DNA of 64,000 nt, taken from NCBI RefSeq assembly GCF_003018255.1, contig NZ_CP027440.1; one strand, written 5' to 3'. The DNA comes from Escherichia coli (GTDB taxonomy: Bacteria > Pseudomonadota > Gammaproteobacteria > Enterobacterales > Enterobacteriaceae). The position numbers were made by a program, and so were the translations under genes. The notes beneath the pieces were generated by a model, which was not told where the DNA came from, did not search any database, and saw nothing but the letters and a program-made list of their open reading frames with translations. Below are positions 47,543 through 58,855 of the stretch, one piece after another (position 1 is the first letter of the stretch; the number at the start of each line of letters is the position of its first letter).

Positions 47543-48763
47543 TTATCCCAGCAGACGGTGAATACGTTGCAGGCCGGTCACCAGACGATCCACTTCTTCA
47601 TGGGTGTTATACATGGCCAGCGATGCCCGACACATCGCAGGGACGTTGTAATAGGCCATTAATGGCATTGCGCAGTGATGTCCGGTACGCACAGCAATGC
47701 CGTAATTATCGAGAAAACTGCCAACATCATAGGCGTGGTGTTTACCGAGATTAAAAGCAATAACGCCAAGCCTGTTTTGTGGGCCATAGAGAGTGAGATC
47801 CGGTACAGATTCCAACTGTGATAACGCGTAATGCATCAGATTCTGTTCATACTCGGCTATGTTATTAAGCCCCAGCGCCGAAACATACTCCAGCGCCGCG
47901 CCAAGACCAATGATGCCTCCGGTATTGGGTGTACCGGCTTCAAACCGCCATGGTGCTTTGGTCCAGGTAGTGCCTTCACTCAGGCTGACGGTGGCGATCA
48001 TAGAACCGCCCCCTTCCCACGGCGGCATCTCCTGCAACAAGGCTTCTTTGACATAAAGAATGCCAATTCCGGTAGGGCCATACAGTTTATGCCCGGAGAA
48101 CACGTAAAAATCGCAATCCAGCGCCTGAACATCCACCGGATGATGCATCACCGCCTGAGCGCCATCCACCAGCACTTTTGCGCCATGTTGATGCGCAAGT
48201 GTGATCATCTCCGCCAGCGGATTTTCTGTCCCAAGCACGTTGGAGACATGAGTAATTGCCAGCAGACGAGTTTTCTCATCAAACAGCGTAGGCAGCGTCT
48301 CCAGTTGCAGAGTACCGTCGGGGTTGAGCGGGATCACACGCAGCTCTGCGCCAACGCGTGCACAAAGCATCTGCCAGGGGACAATGTTAGCGTGGTGCTC
48401 CATCTGACTGATGATGATGTTATCGCCCGCTCGCACATTGCTGTTGCCCCAGCTATTGGCGACCAGATTGATCCCTTCCGTCGTGCCGCGGACGAACACC
48501 AGCTCTTCCGCCGAACGGGCATTAATAAACAGCGATGCCCGCTTGCGCACGTTCTCCATTTTCTCGGTCGCCTGGGCGCTTAAGGTATGAATACCGCGAT
48601 GCACCGCCGCGTAGCCATGACGATAAAACTCAGCCTCGGCATCAATCACCTGGCTCGGTTTCTGCGCACTGGCGGCGCTGTCGAGATAAGCCAGCGGCAA
48701 ACCGTTTACCTCACGAGAAAGCACCGGAAAGTCGGCCCGCACTTTGTCGACGGAAAAAGTCAT
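47543..48763 (-). CDS. sufS: cysteine desulfurase (group II, PLP-dependent)
   Basis: 406 aa [39 protein letters not shown]...; recognised as SufS. Confidence 0.95.
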   Translation of the reverse strand: MTFSVDKVRADFPVLSREVNGLPLAYLDSAASAQKPSQVIDAEAEFYRHGYAAVHRGIHTLSAQATEKMENVRKRASLFINARSAEELVFVRGTTEGINLVANSWGNSNVRAGDNIIISQMEHHANIVPWQMLCARVGAELRVIPLNPDGTLQLETLPTLFDEKTRLLAITHVSNVLGTENPLAEMITLAHQHGAKVLVDGAQAVMHHPVDVQALDCDFYVFSGHKLYGPTGIGILYVKEALLQEMPPWEGGGSMIATVSLSEGTTWTKAPWRFEAGTPNTGGIIGLGAALEYVSALGLNNIAEYEQNLMHYALSQLESVPDLTLYGPQNRLGVIAFNLGKHHAYDVGSFLDNYGIAVRTGHHCAMPLMAYYNVPAMCRASLAMYNTHEEVDRLVTGLQRIHRLLG

Positions 48764-50031
48764 CTTGCACCTCCTGGCAGTCGTTGACCGATTCGGGCCA
48801 GCACCTGCTGTTTAAGCCCCTCATCACGCAGTGCTTCCGTCAGTTCGGCAGCAAAGGCGTAAATGATCATCTGCTGGGCATCTTGCTGATTGATCCCGCG
48901 CGAGCGCAGATAAAACATCTGTTCGTCATCAATACGCCCCACCGTCGCGCCGTGGCTGCATTTCACATCATCTGCATAGATTTCCAGCTGCGGTTTCGTA
49001 TCCACTTCCGCCAGTTTGCCCATCAGCAGATTATTGTTGGTCATCTGACCATCCGTTTTGATGGCGTGCTGCGCGACGTTGATCAAACCGTTAAATACCG
49101 CGCGGCCTTTGTCGCTGACGATAGTTTTGTGCAACTGTCGGCTGTTACAAAAACCTTTATTGTGTTCCAACCAGGTACGAGTATCACACACCTCGTTTTT
49201 CACCGGCATCGCCAGGCTATTGATCCGCAGCGTGCTGTTTTCGCCATTGAGTTGCGTACTGGTGTTGTGTCGTAATACTGCGCCACCCAGCAGGAAACTG
49301 TGGCTAAATGCGGTGGCATCGTCAGCCAGCAACAAATCGTTATGAGCAAAGTGGTGACTGAGCGGGTTTTCAAACGCCAGCTTGATATGCTGCAAATGGG
49401 CGTTCGCTGCGACGTTGATAGTGAACCGTGCGCCGGTGAAGTGACGAGCATCATTAAGGCTGACAAAATGTTCGATCACCGTTGCTTCGGCACCTTCCGC
49501 CAGATCCAGATGATGCCGGTAATGGGCAGTATTCACCTCTTCACCTGCCACGCCCTGGGTGATATGCATTAACAGCAATGGCTTTGCCGGCCGTTGACCG
49601 CGCTTCACGGCGATATGCGTCACGCTTTGTGCCAGGCTTTCCGTCAAATGCAGAAACACTTCCGCCTGAATAGCATCGGGTAACCCCTGACGGTCGTCGT
49701 TAATGCTCACTTCATATCCGCTGCCTTCAGTTGCATCGCTCAGTGCGGGCACGTAACGTCCATCGACAAACACCAGCCGCACGGCGTCTAATGTTAACGC
49801 TAAGGCATCACGCTGCTGTGGGGATATCTCCCCCGCAATGCTGACAAACTGGCTATTGGTCAGCCCGTCCAGCGGCGTATATTTCCAGTTTTCATGTTTA
49901 CGTGTCGGCAGTCCGGTACGCAGCAATTGTTGTAAATGCTGCTGTGCTTGCGGGGAGCGTTTCGCCCCTTCAGCTTCAAACAAATGATGCCACTGTTGCA
50001 GTGCGTTACTGCTGTTCGGTAAGCCAGCCAT
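48760..50031 (-). CDS. sufD: Fe-S cluster assembly protein SufD
   Basis: 423 aa ORF; 4 bp overlap with sufS and overlap with sufC typical of the operon. Confidence 0.93.
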   Translation of the reverse strand: MAGLPNSSNALQQWHHLFEAEGAKRSPQAQQHLQQLLRTGLPTRKHENWKYTPLDGLTNSQFVSIAGEISPQQRDALALTLDAVRLVFVDGRYVPALSDATEGSGYEVSINDDRQGLPDAIQAEVFLHLTESLAQSVTHIAVKRGQRPAKPLLLMHITQGVAGEEVNTAHYRHHLDLAEGAEATVIEHFVSLNDARHFTGARFTINVAANAHLQHIKLAFENPLSHHFAHNDLLLADDATAFSHSFLLGGAVLRHNTSTQLNGENSTLRINSLAMPVKNEVCDTRTWLEHNKGFCNSRQLHKTIVSDKGRAVFNGLINVAQHAIKTDGQMTNNNLLMGKLAEVDTKPQLEIYADDVKCSHGATVGRIDDEQMFYLRSRGINQQDAQQMIIYAFAAELTEALRDEGLKQQVLARIGQRLPGGAR

Positions 50032-50752
50032 AACCCTGCTCCTCCAGTTGTTTGACCAACGTGAAATCGCCGGATTTCACAATTCGTCCCTGATACAGCA
50101 CATGGACGTAATCAGGCTTGATGTAGTCGAGAATGCGTTGGTAGTGCGTAACAATGATGAATGAACGCTTGCCGTCACGCAGCGAGTTCACGCCATCGGC
50201 AACCACTTTTAATGCGTCAATATCCAGCCCGGAGTCTGACTCATCAAGAATGCATAACTCCGGTTCCAGCACCGCCATTTGCAAAATATCGTTGCGCTTT
50301 TTCTCACCGCCGGAAAAACCAACGTTTACCGAACGGGTTAATAAATCTTCCGGCATCTTCAGGAGAGCGATTTTCTCTTCCATCAAATCCTGAAAATCAA
50401 AGCGGTCGAGCGTTTCCTGGCCGCGATAGCTGCGCACCGCATTAAGTGCCGTTTGCAGGAAAAACTGGTTACTGACGCCGGGAATTTCCACCGGATACTG
50501 GAAGGCCATAAAGATGCCTTCACCTGCACGATCTTCCGGTGACAGCGCAAGCAAATCTTTGCCTTTGAACTCAACCGTGCCGCCCGTCACCTCATAATCT
50601 TCTCGCCCGGCAAGCGTTGCCGATAAGGTACTTTTGCCAGAACCGTTTGGCCCCATAATGGCGTGAACTTCGCCGGGACGAACGTCGAGGCTTAATCCAC
50701 GCAGGATAGCTTTATCTTCCACGCTGACGTGTAAATCTTTAATACTTAACAT
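50006..50752 (-). CDS. sufC: Fe-S cluster assembly ATPase SufC
   Basis: 248 aa ABC-type ATPase with Walker A GPNGSGKST. Confidence 0.95.
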   Translation of the reverse strand: MLSIKDLHVSVEDKAILRGLSLDVRPGEVHAIMGPNGSGKSTLSATLAGREDYEVTGGTVEFKGKDLLALSPEDRAGEGIFMAFQYPVEIPGVSNQFFLQTALNAVRSYRGQETLDRFDFQDLMEEKIALLKMPEDLLTRSVNVGFSGGEKKRNDILQMAVLEPELCILDESDSGLDIDALKVVADGVNSLRDGKRSFIIVTHYQRILDYIKPDYVHVLYQGRIVKSGDFTLVKQLEEQGYGWLTEQQ

Positions 50753-50761
50753 GTTTATTCC

Positions 50762-52249
50762 TTATCCGACGCTGTGTTCAAGACTGATGGCGAGGAGTTT
50801 TTGTGCTTCAACGGCAAATTCCAGCGGCAGTTCCGAGAACACGTCTTTGCAAAAACCGTTAACAATCATCGAGATGGCATCTTCTTCGCTGATCCCGCGT
50901 TGCAGGCAGTAAAACAGTTGATCTTCACCAATACGTGATGTCGTTGCCTCGTGCTCCAGCTGAGCGCTGTTATTGCGACATTCGACATACGGGAAGGTAT
51001 GCGCCCCACAATTAGCGCCAATCAGCATTGAATCGCACTGAGTGAAATTGCGCGCATTGGTTGCCGTCGGCATGATTTTCACTAAGCCGCGATAACTGTT
51101 CTGACTATGTCCGGCAGAGATCCCTTTCGAGATAATGGTCGATTTGGTGTTTTTACCGATGTGGATCATCTTGGTGCCGGTATCCGCTTGCTGATGACCG
51201 CTGGTCAGCGCCACTGAGTAAAACTCACCAATGGAGTTATCGCCGCGCAAAATGCAGCTGGGATATTTCCACGTAATCGCTGACCCGGTTTCTGATTGCG
51301 TCCATGACATTTTGCTGTTTTCGCCTTCGCACAACGCACGCTTGGTGACGAAGTTGAGAATACCGCCGGTGTTGTTATCGCCAGGGAACCAGTTTTGTAC
51401 CGTGGAATATTTCACCTCGGCGTTTTTATGGATGATGACTTCCACCACCGCCGCGTGTAACTGATAGCTGTCACGCACCGGAGCGGAACAGCCTTCAATG
51501 TAGCTAACGTAGCTGTCTTCGTCGGCCACCAGAATGGTGCGCTCAAACTGCCCGGTTTTTTCCGCGTTAATGCGAAAATAGGTGGAAAGTTCCATCGGGC
51601 AACGCACGCCTTTAGGCACATAAATAAACGTACCGTCAGAGGCTACCGCCGCATTAAGTGCGGCAAAGAAGTTGTCATTCCCCGGCACCACGGTGCCGAG
51701 ATATTTACGCACCAGTTCCGGGTGATCGTGGATCGCCTCGCCAAAGGAACAAAAAATAATTCCCTGCTCCGCCAGTTTTTCGCGATAAGTAGTGGCAACC
51801 GAAACAGAGTCGAAAATGGCATCCACTGCCACCTCTTTGCCTTCCCGCACGGGAACGCCCAACTGCTCAAACGCCGCCTCCACCTCTTTACTTAAAAAGG
51901 CGTTCGCGCCAGTTTGCTGCACCGCGCCGGGTTCAGACGCACAAGTGTCGTCACAATTACCGCACGATGGTGCCGAATAGTAGCTGTAATCCTGATAATT
52001 CAGCTTGTCGTAGTGCGCTTTCAACCAGTGCGGTTCTTCCATCTCCAGCCATGCGCGATAGGCATTTAGACGAAACTCCAGCATCCACTCCGGCTCATTA
52101 CGCTTCGCCGAAATTGCGCGCACCACCTCTTCGTTTATCCCCTTTGCCAGCTCATCGGTGGCTAACTGGGTGAAGAATCCTTCTTTATAATTCAGCGGGC
52201 CGCCGGTCCAGGTTTTGACATCGTCAGTTGCTTCAGTATTACGAGACAT
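50762..52249 (-). CDS. sufB: Fe-S cluster scaffold SufB
   Basis: ORF track 508 aa; internal start [26 protein letters not shown] gives 495 aa. Confidence 0.93.
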   Translation of the reverse strand: MSRNTEATDDVKTWTGGPLNYKEGFFTQLATDELAKGINEEVVRAISAKRNEPEWMLEFRLNAYRAWLEMEEPHWLKAHYDKLNYQDYSYYSAPSCGNCDDTCASEPGAVQQTGANAFLSKEVEAAFEQLGVPVREGKEVAVDAIFDSVSVATTYREKLAEQGIIFCSFGEAIHDHPELVRKYLGTVVPGNDNFFAALNAAVASDGTFIYVPKGVRCPMELSTYFRINAEKTGQFERTILVADEDSYVSYIEGCSAPVRDSYQLHAAVVEVIIHKNAEVKYSTVQNWFPGDNNTGGILNFVTKRALCEGENSKMSWTQSETGSAITWKYPSCILRGDNSIGEFYSVALTSGHQQADTGTKMIHIGKNTKSTIISKGISAGHSQNSYRGLVKIMPTATNARNFTQCDSMLIGANCGAHTFPYVECRNNSAQLEHEATTSRIGEDQLFYCLQRGISEEDAISMIVNGFCKDVFSELPLEFAVEAQKLLAISLEHSVG

Positions 52250-52257
52250 AGTACCGC

Positions 52258-52626
52258 CTATACCCCAAAGCTTTCGCCACAGCCACATTCATTCTGGGCT
52301 TTAGGGTTGTGAAATTTGAATATCTGATTAAGTCCTTCACGAACGAAATCGACTTCCGTGCCATCAATAAACGGCATCGCTTGCAGCGGGACAAACAGCT
52401 TCGCGCCATCGTGTTCAAACAGCAGATCGTCTTTGTCCGGCTCGCTAACACTGTCGAGCACATAGCCAAAGCCCGCGCAGCCCGTTTGCTTCACGCCTAA
52501 GCGCACGCCGACCATACCCGGCTGCTTTGCCACCAGCTCGCGGATGTGGACAGCGGCTGCGGGTGTCAGCGTTAAGCCCTGCCAGGCGAAATCCTGTGGA
52601 TTAAAGGTTCCTGAATGCATGTCCAT
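52258..52626 (-). CDS. sufA: A-type Fe-S carrier SufA
   Basis: 122 aa ORF ending ...[11 protein letters not shown] with conserved Cys ligands; first gene of the suf operon. Confidence 0.94.
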   Translation of the reverse strand: MDMHSGTFNPQDFAWQGLTLTPAAAVHIRELVAKQPGMVGVRLGVKQTGCAGFGYVLDSVSEPDKDDLLFEHDGAKLFVPLQAMPFIDGTEVDFVREGLNQIFKFHNPKAQNECGCGESFGV

Positions 52627-52669
52627 CGATTTACCTCACTTCATCGCTTTCAGCGTATAACAGCATGTT

Positions 52670-52688
52670 AGTGATAATGATTATCAGT
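52670..52688 (-). promoter_or_regulatory. Fur box in the sufA promoter
   Basis: GTGATAATGATTATCAGTT matches the Fur consensus GATAATGATAATCATTATC, about 45-60 bp upstream of the sufA ATG. Confidence 0.65.
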
Positions 52689-52950
52689 TCAACCCAGCAA
52701 ACGCAGGGACTTTAGCGTAAAACATGCTTTTTACCTGCTTTTAATAAGCATAGACCCTGATGTGTGGGTTAACAGGCACGCTAAGAATTAGGTATCTCAT
52801 TGTTAGATAATGATTATTATCTAAGGAGCATTAAGGCTGTGATGAAAAAGAAAAAGTTGTATTGAAAATGACTATTTAAGGGATAGGTAAAAAAGTGCAG
52901 CGTTCAGAAATAAGAAAACCCTTAAGTCTGTGCGACACAGGCTTAAGGGT

Positions 52951-53018
52951 TTCTACCCCATCCGGCGCTTATCTCCGGCACTCACAGTGGCTTAGCTCTT
53001 GAAGGGGCGATAAGAATA
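52951..53018 (-). ncRNA. rydB: small RNA RydB (approximate ends)
   Basis: Placement from my recollection of rydB lying between sufA and ydiH on this strand; a perfect 11 bp hairpin AAACCCTTAAG/CTTAAGGGTTT at 52913-52950 plus U-rich tract lies just 3' and may be its terminator, so the 3' end may extend to about 52908. Confidence 0.45.
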
Positions 53019-53174
53019 ATCTCATAAAGCTAACCCGCCGTTTTAACACAAACTGCGATTAGTATTATTTTTGAACAATATCAGGCGGATAGATAAGCAG
53101 TATTAAGAAGGTCATCGAACCTGGACGGAGGTTAATCCAGGTCGATTTGGCAAAATTGCGGCATTAAGTCAGGA

Positions 53175-53363
53175 TCAATGCACGCCCAGACGCCAGGCAA
53201 AGTAGATTTCTTCTTTTAATTCAGCAGAAGAGAGAGTAAGCAGGTCAGCAAATTCAAGTTCTAGTTGTTTCAGACGTTTGAGATATTGGGCAGGTGAAAG
53301 ATTGCTCTGGTCACGGCGTAAAAATTCAATGGCCAGCTGGGTGGGATCAAGTTGAGTAGACAT
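53175..53363 (-). CDS. ydiH: small uncharacterised protein
   Basis: ORF track 89 aa; the form I recall is 62 aa starting MSTQLDPTQLAIEFLRRDQ... Confidence 0.75.
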   Translation of the reverse strand: MSTQLDPTQLAIEFLRRDQSNLSPAQYLKRLKQLELEFADLLTLSSAELKEEIYFAWRLGVH

Positions 53364-53462
53364 AGCATCCTCGCTTTTAGACAAGACCTGCACAGTATAC
53401 CACCGTTTACTGTGCAGATAATGACCAAAAGCAATATGCGTCACACTTTTCTGGTGACAACG

Positions 53463-53873
53463 TCACAAAATGGCGGTCGTTAATCGTGACGAACAGCACA
53501 AACGCCCTTTCTCATCGAAGATTTCAATCTGCCAGACCTGGTGACGCGAACCGAGATGCAACGGTTTGCATACGCCGCGCACCCGCCCTTCTCGTGCCGA
53601 GCGGACGTGGTTAGCATTGATTTCCAGACCAACCACCTTTTGCTCACCTTCGGTACATAAATAACCGGCAACGGAACCGATACTTTCGGCCAGTACCACG
53701 GATGCCCCTCCATGCAGCAACCCGAAAGGCTGCTTTGTCCGCGAGTCTACTGGCATTGTCGCTTCAAGGGTGTCATCACCAATATGTTCAAAGCGAATAT
53801 CCAGCAACCCCACCATGTTTCCTTCACCCATGGCATTCAGTGCTTCCAGGGTGATTTTTCGTTTCCATATCAT
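53463..53873 (-). CDS. menI: 1,4-dihydroxy-2-naphthoyl-CoA hydrolase (hotdog-fold thioesterase)
   Basis: 136 aa ORF MIWKRKITLEALNAMGEGNMVGLLDIRFEHIGDD...; recognised as YdiI/MenI. Confidence 0.9.
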   Translation of the reverse strand: MIWKRKITLEALNAMGEGNMVGLLDIRFEHIGDDTLEATMPVDSRTKQPFGLLHGGASVVLAESIGSVAGYLCTEGEQKVVGLEINANHVRSAREGRVRGVCKPLHLGSRHQVWQIEIFDEKGRLCCSSRLTTAIL

Positions 53874-56800
53874 TTAATAATCTCCAGTAAAGCCTGCACA
53901 GGATGGCGTACCCCCGTGCCTTCGACCCGTTTTACCTGGCTACGGCAGGAATATCCGGTCGCCAGACAGCGATTACGCGGCAGTCGCTGCATCGCCTGAT
54001 GCCAGGATAACTCATAGATCCCGAGCGAATTTTTATGGTTTTTCGCTTCATGTCCGTAAGTCCCTGCCATGCCGCAGCACCCCACGCTGACATTTTCCAG
54101 TTTCGCGCCAAAACGGGCAAATATCGCAACCCATTGTGCTGGCGCGCCCGGCAAAGCGGTAACTTCGGTACAGTGACCAAAGAAATACCATGATTCACCG
54201 CTGACTGTAGCCACTGGCTGTGAGTCAAGTGCGCTTGCCAGCCATTCATTCGCCAGTAAGACGTTAAACTCGCCACGTTCCTCGCCCAGCGCCAGTTTAT
54301 ATTCATCGCGATAACAAAGTACCAGCGCCGGATCGACGCCCACCATTGGCATCCCCAGCTTCGCCATACGGTTGAGGAAATCCGCCGTCTTTTTCGCCGT
54401 CTTCGCAAAACGATTAAGAAAGCCTTTGATATGCTGGGCTTTGCCATTTGGCGAAAATGGCAGTAACACAGGCTGGAAACCTAATTTTTCAACCAGACGG
54501 ACAAAATCCGCCACCACTTGCGCATCGTAATAGCTGGTAAAGGGGTCCTGCACCACCAACACCGTGCGCGCTTTCTGCTCTGCATTGAGAGCTTCAAGCT
54601 GTTCCAGCGTCATATTCGCCGAGCGATGCCCCACCATTTGTTGTTGTAGCGAGGGGACTGACAGCAGTGGCAAATCAACCATGCCGATATGTTTTTCCGA
54701 GAGCTTGCGCACCAGCGGCTGGTTAATGAAGAAGTTAAAGGTTTTCGGCGCGCGTGCCATCAGCGGTGCGTAGCTCTCGACCGTAGCAACGAGGTGGTCA
54801 CGAAGCGGGCGTAAATAACGGGTGTGATAGAGCTGCAGAAAACGAGAGCGAAACTCCGGCACATCAATTTTGATGGGGCACTGGGTCGAACACGCTTTAC
54901 AGGCAAGACAGCCCGACATCGCCTCTTTGACTTCGTGTGAGAAGTCGTATTCGCCTTTATTCGCATGCCAGCTATTGCGCGTGCGGGCAATTAACGTCCG
55001 CAAACTGACGCCGGATTCAGGCAGTTCTTGTTCCAGTTTGAGTGGGTCAACGCCGCGATCCGCCAACAAGCGCAGCCATTCACGCACCAGCGTTGCGCGC
55101 CCTTTCGGTGAATGAATCCGGTTCTGGGTGATCTTCATCGACGGACACATCGAACTACGGGCATCAAAGTTGAAGCATAAACCGTTGCCGTTACACTCCA
55201 TCGCACCGCGCCACTGCTGGCGTACCGCAATGGGGATCTGCCGATCGAATGTACCGCGCTTCACCGCGTCCACTTTCATCATCGGCGCATCGAGACCTTC
55301 TGGCGGGCAAATCTTCCCTGGGTTGAGTCGGTTATGCGGGTCAAATGCCGCTTTCACTTTGCGCAGTTCTGCAAAAAGTTCCTCACCGAAAAACGCAGGG
55401 CTGTATTCGGCACGAAAACCTTTGCCGTGTTCGCCCCACAACAAACCACCGTATTTCGCGGTAAGCGCCACTACGTCATCAGAGATTTGCTTCATCAAAA
55501 TCTCTTGTTGCGGATCGCACATATCCAGCGCAGGACGGACGTGCAAGACACCTGCGTCGACGTGACCGAACATACCGTAGCTTAAGCCGTGGCTGTCGAG
55601 CAGCGCGCGAAATTCAGCAATATAATCGGCCAGATGTTCCGGCGGTACGCAGGTATCCTCAGCAAACGGAATTGGCTTAGCGGCACCTTTGGCATTGCCA
55701 AGCAGACCAACGGCTTTTTTGCGCATCGCATAGATACGTTCAACACCCGCCAGCTCGCGGCACACCTGCCAGCCAATCACACCTGCCTGTTGGCTGGCAA
55801 TCAGTTCATCCAACCGCGCACAGAGTGCATTTACCCGCTCATCAATCAGCGTCTCATCATCACCAGCAAATTCCACAATGTTCAGCCCGAGCATTTCTTT
55901 GTCAGGCACATCGGTAATCAACTCGCTGACGGAATGCCAGACAATATCTTCCCGCGCCAGATTCAGCACTTTTGAGTCCACCGTCTCTACCGAAAGCGCC
56001 CGCGCCTCAACCATAAACGGCGCGTTACGCAGCGCGGAGTCAAAAGAGTCATATTTGACGTTCACCAGACGGCGCACTTTAGGCAAGGGCGTAATATCCA
56101 GCCGCGCTTCGGTAATAAAGGCCAGCGTCCCTTCTGAACCCGTCAGAATGCGCGTCAGGTCGAACTCGGTCATCTCATCGTTAAAGACATGACGCAGATC
56201 GTAACCGGTAAGAAAGCGGTTAAGTTTGGGGAAGTTGTCGATGATTAACTGGCGTTGCTGACGGCAACATTGATAAACCGTGTTATAAATTCGCCCGATT
56301 GCGGTATTGGTTTTACCCAGCGTTTCTGCCAGTTCGACGGGTAAAGGTTGCGTATCGAGAATATCGCCCCCCAACAACACCGCGCGTACGCCAAGTACGT
56401 GATCTGACGTTTTGCCATAGACCAGCGATCCCTGACCGGATGCATCGGTATTGATCATCCCACCGAGCGTTGCCCGGTTGCTGGTCGAAAGTTCCGGCGC
56501 AAAAAAGTAGCCGAACGGTTTCAGGTACTGATTGAGTTGATCTTTTATCACCCCGGCCTCAACGCGCACCCAGCCCTCTTCAGGGTTAATTTCGATGATG
56601 CGGTTCATATGGCGGGACATATCAACAATAATCCCCTGGTTGAGCGCCTGACCGTTAGTGCCGGTGCCGCCGCCGCGGGGGGTAAAGATCAGCGATGAAT
56701 AGCGTTCCTGCGCGGCAAGACGGGCTATAAGCGCCACATCTGCGGTTGAACGCGGAAATACCACCGCATCGGGGAGAAGTTGGTAAATACTGTTGTCGGT

Positions 56801-56926
56801 CGACATTGTCAGACGATCGGCATAACTTGTCGCCGTATCGCCGGTAAAACCTTGTTGCTCCAGCTCTTGCAAAAAATTAAGCACCAGTTGAACGACGCCG
56901 GGTGCCTGGGAAATCTGTGGAATCAT
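53870..56926 (-). CDS. ydiJ: large FAD-linked oxidase with C-terminal Fe-S/CCG domains
   Basis: ORF track 1042 aa; internal start MIPQISQAPGVVQLVLNFLQ gives 1018 aa; FAD-binding PCMH-type N-terminal domain and C-terminal Cys-rich region (CLACKACSTQCP). Confidence 0.88.
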   Translation of the reverse strand: MIPQISQAPGVVQLVLNFLQELEQQGFTGDTATSYADRLTMSTDNSIYQLLPDAVVFPRSTADVALIARLAAQERYSSLIFTPRGGGTGTNGQALNQGIIVDMSRHMNRIIEINPEEGWVRVEAGVIKDQLNQYLKPFGYFFAPELSTSNRATLGGMINTDASGQGSLVYGKTSDHVLGVRAVLLGGDILDTQPLPVELAETLGKTNTAIGRIYNTVYQCCRQQRQLIIDNFPKLNRFLTGYDLRHVFNDEMTEFDLTRILTGSEGTLAFITEARLDITPLPKVRRLVNVKYDSFDSALRNAPFMVEARALSVETVDSKVLNLAREDIVWHSVSELITDVPDKEMLGLNIVEFAGDDETLIDERVNALCARLDELIASQQAGVIGWQVCRELAGVERIYAMRKKAVGLLGNAKGAAKPIPFAEDTCVPPEHLADYIAEFRALLDSHGLSYGMFGHVDAGVLHVRPALDMCDPQQEILMKQISDDVVALTAKYGGLLWGEHGKGFRAEYSPAFFGEELFAELRKVKAAFDPHNRLNPGKICPPEGLDAPMMKVDAVKRGTFDRQIPIAVRQQWRGAMECNGNGLCFNFDARSSMCPSMKITQNRIHSPKGRATLVREWLRLLADRGVDPLKLEQELPESGVSLRTLIARTRNSWHANKGEYDFSHEVKEAMSGCLACKACSTQCPIKIDVPEFRSRFLQLYHTRYLRPLRDHLVATVESYAPLMARAPKTFNFFINQPLVRKLSEKHIGMVDLPLLSVPSLQQQMVGHRSANMTLEQLEALNAEQKARTVLVVQDPFTSYYDAQVVADFVRLVEKLGFQPVLLPFSPNGKAQHIKGFLNRFAKTAKKTADFLNRMAKLGMPMVGVDPALVLCYRDEYKLALGEERGEFNVLLANEWLASALDSQPVATVSGESWYFFGHCTEVTALPGAPAQWVAIFARFGAKLENVSVGCCGMAGTYGHEAKNHKNSLGIYELSWHQAMQRLPRNRCLATGYSCRSQVKRVEGTGVRHPVQALLEIIK

Positions 56927-57314
56927 TATATTGACCCTTTCCTGCGGTCTGTGATGTAGGTCGATACACTGTTCTTTCAGGCGGCTGCAATAGCGCACTG
57001 AAAGGTGATGTTTGTTTACTCTATGGATTTCGTGTTGCAGGAAGGCGGCAAGCGAGTGAACTCCAGGAGCTTACAACAGTAAGTAACTGGGGTGAACGAA
57101 CGTAGCCGCAGCATATGCAACTTGAAATACGACGAGTAAATCGTTTGCGTGTTGCCTGAGTTGTTGTACCACATTTTTTTCTAACACGCCCATCAGAATT
57201 AAGGGCAGAATCGGCCTGTTAAAAACCGCTGAAATTGCTCATCATTATGCAGGTGAGTTTCGCGTGTTCACGTCGCGTCGACGATTTGACGCACAAAAAA
57301 GGTGAAAAGTAGTT

Positions 57315-58427
57315 ATGGTAAATGTTCGTCAGCCCAGGGATGTCGCACAAATTCTGCTTTCGGTGCTGTTTTTAGCCATCATGATTGTGGCATGTCTGTG
57401 GATTGTTCAACCCTTTATTCTCGGCTTTGCATGGGCCGGTACAGTGGTTATCGCCACCTGGCCGGTATTGTTACGTTTGCAAAAGATCATGTTTGGCCGC
57501 CGCTCTCTCGCCGTTCTGGTGATGACGCTGTTATTAGTGATGGTGTTTATCATCCCTATTGCCTTGTTGGTTAACAGTATTGTCGATGGCAGCGGTCCGC
57601 TAATTAAAGCCATTTCCAGCGGTGACATGACGTTACCCGATCTGGCGTGGCTTAATACCATTCCGGTGATTGGCGCGAAGCTATATGCAGGCTGGCACAA
57701 CTTGCTGGATATGGGGGGTACGGCGATCATGGCGAAAGTCCGTCCTTATATTGGCACCACCACCACCTGGTTCGTTGGGCAGGCGGCGCATATCGGGCGC
57801 TTTATGGTGCATTGTGCGCTGATGCTTCTCTTCAGTGCCCTGCTGTACTGGCGCGGTGAACAGGTGGCACAAGGCATTCGCCATTTTGCAACCCGTCTGG
57901 CAGGCGTTCGCGGTGATGCTGCTGTGCTACTGGCGGCACAGGCTATCCGCGCGGTGGCGCTGGGTGTGGTGGTGACGGCGTTAGTACAGGCAGTGCTTGG
58001 CGGTATCGGCCTCGCCGTATCCGGCGTACCTTATGCAACTTTGCTCACGGTGTTAATGATCCTCTCCTGCCTTGTCCAGCTTGGACCGTTGCCGGTACTG
58101 ATTCCGGCGATTATCTGGCTCTACTGGACCGGTGATACCACCTGGGGAACGGTATTGTTAGTGTGGAGCGGTGTGGTTGGCACGCTGGATAACGTCATCC
58201 GCCCAATGTTAATTCGCATGGGTGCCGATTTACCGCTGATCCTGATCCTCTCTGGTGTTATTGGTGGTTTGATTGCTTTCGGGATGATCGGCCTGTTTAT
58301 TGGTCCGGTTCTGTTAGCCGTTTCCTGGCGTCTTTTTGCCGCGTGGGTGGAAGAAGTCCCACCGCCGACGGACCAACCGGAAGAAATTCTCGAAGAACTT
58401 GGCGAAATCGAGAAATCGAATAAGTAA
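57315..58427 (+). CDS. ydiK: AI-2E/UPF0118-family membrane transporter
   Basis: 370 aa multi-TM ORF MVNVRQPRDVAQILLSVLFLAIMIVACLW...; recognised as YdiK. Confidence 0.88.
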   Translation: MVNVRQPRDVAQILLSVLFLAIMIVACLWIVQPFILGFAWAGTVVIATWPVLLRLQKIMFGRRSLAVLVMTLLLVMVFIIPIALLVNSIVDGSGPLIKAISSGDMTLPDLAWLNTIPVIGAKLYAGWHNLLDMGGTAIMAKVRPYIGTTTTWFVGQAAHIGRFMVHCALMLLFSALLYWRGEQVAQGIRHFATRLAGVRGDAAVLLAAQAIRAVALGVVVTALVQAVLGGIGLAVSGVPYATLLTVLMILSCLVQLGPLPVLIPAIIWLYWTGDTTWGTVLLVWSGVVGTLDNVIRPMLIRMGADLPLILILSGVIGGLIAFGMIGLFIGPVLLAVSWRLFAAWVEEVPPPTDQPEEILEELGEIEKSNK

Positions 58428-58433
58428 TTTCTC

Positions 58434-58460
58434 ATCAGGCGGCTCTGCCGCCTGATTGTT
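58434..58460 (+). terminator. stem-loop downstream of ydiK
   Basis: ATCAGGCGG-CTCT-GCCGCCTGAT perfect hairpin just after the stop; weak T-tract. Confidence 0.6.
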
Positions 58461-58612
58461 AACCCCTGCTAATTGATATTTGCTTGCTCTTCCCCATATT
58501 TTCCTGCTTACCGCCATTCAGCTGGTAGTACCTGTCGCAAATTCTTTACAGTTTTTAAACTAATGAGACGAATCTGATCGACGCAAAAAGTCCGTATGCC
58601 TACTATTAGCTC

Positions 58613-58718
58613 ACGGTTATAAATCAACATATTGATTTATAAGCATGGAAATCCCCTGAGTGAAACAACGAATTGCTGTGTGTAGTCTTTGCCCATCTCC
58701 CACGATGGGCTTTTTTTT
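58613..58718 (+). ncRNA. rprA: small regulatory RNA RprA (RpoS translational activator)
   Basis: ACGGTTATAAATCAACATATTGATTTATAAGCATGGAAATCCCCTGAGTGAAACAACGAATTGCTGTGTGTAGTCTTTGCCCATCTCCCACGATGGGCTTTTTTT recognised as RprA, with terminal hairpin CCCATC...GATGGG plus T-run. Confidence 0.88.
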
Positions 58719-58855
58719 AACATTTTTCCGCTTTGCTATCTCGCCCCTCACGCTTTCCAATAATGTTGCACAAGATACTGTGACTCTCTTCAAGCCGTCA
58801 GCAGGCTGATAATGTTATTTATATTTTATTGTTTATTTCATGCAGCCATTACACG

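Noticed and set aside
47831-49275. 250 aa and 246 aa plus-strand ORFs antisense to sufS/sufD.
   Set aside because: Embedded antisense frames within the conserved suf operon; Arg/His-rich non-protein-like composition.
53932-55975. Several 60-170 aa ORFs on both strands inside ydiJ.
   Set aside because: Nested within the 1018 aa ydiJ gene; no independent evidence of coding.
58561-58612. Possible RcsB box upstream of rprA.
   Set aside because: I could not identify a convincing match to the RcsB consensus by eye and do not want to assign coordinates without alignment.
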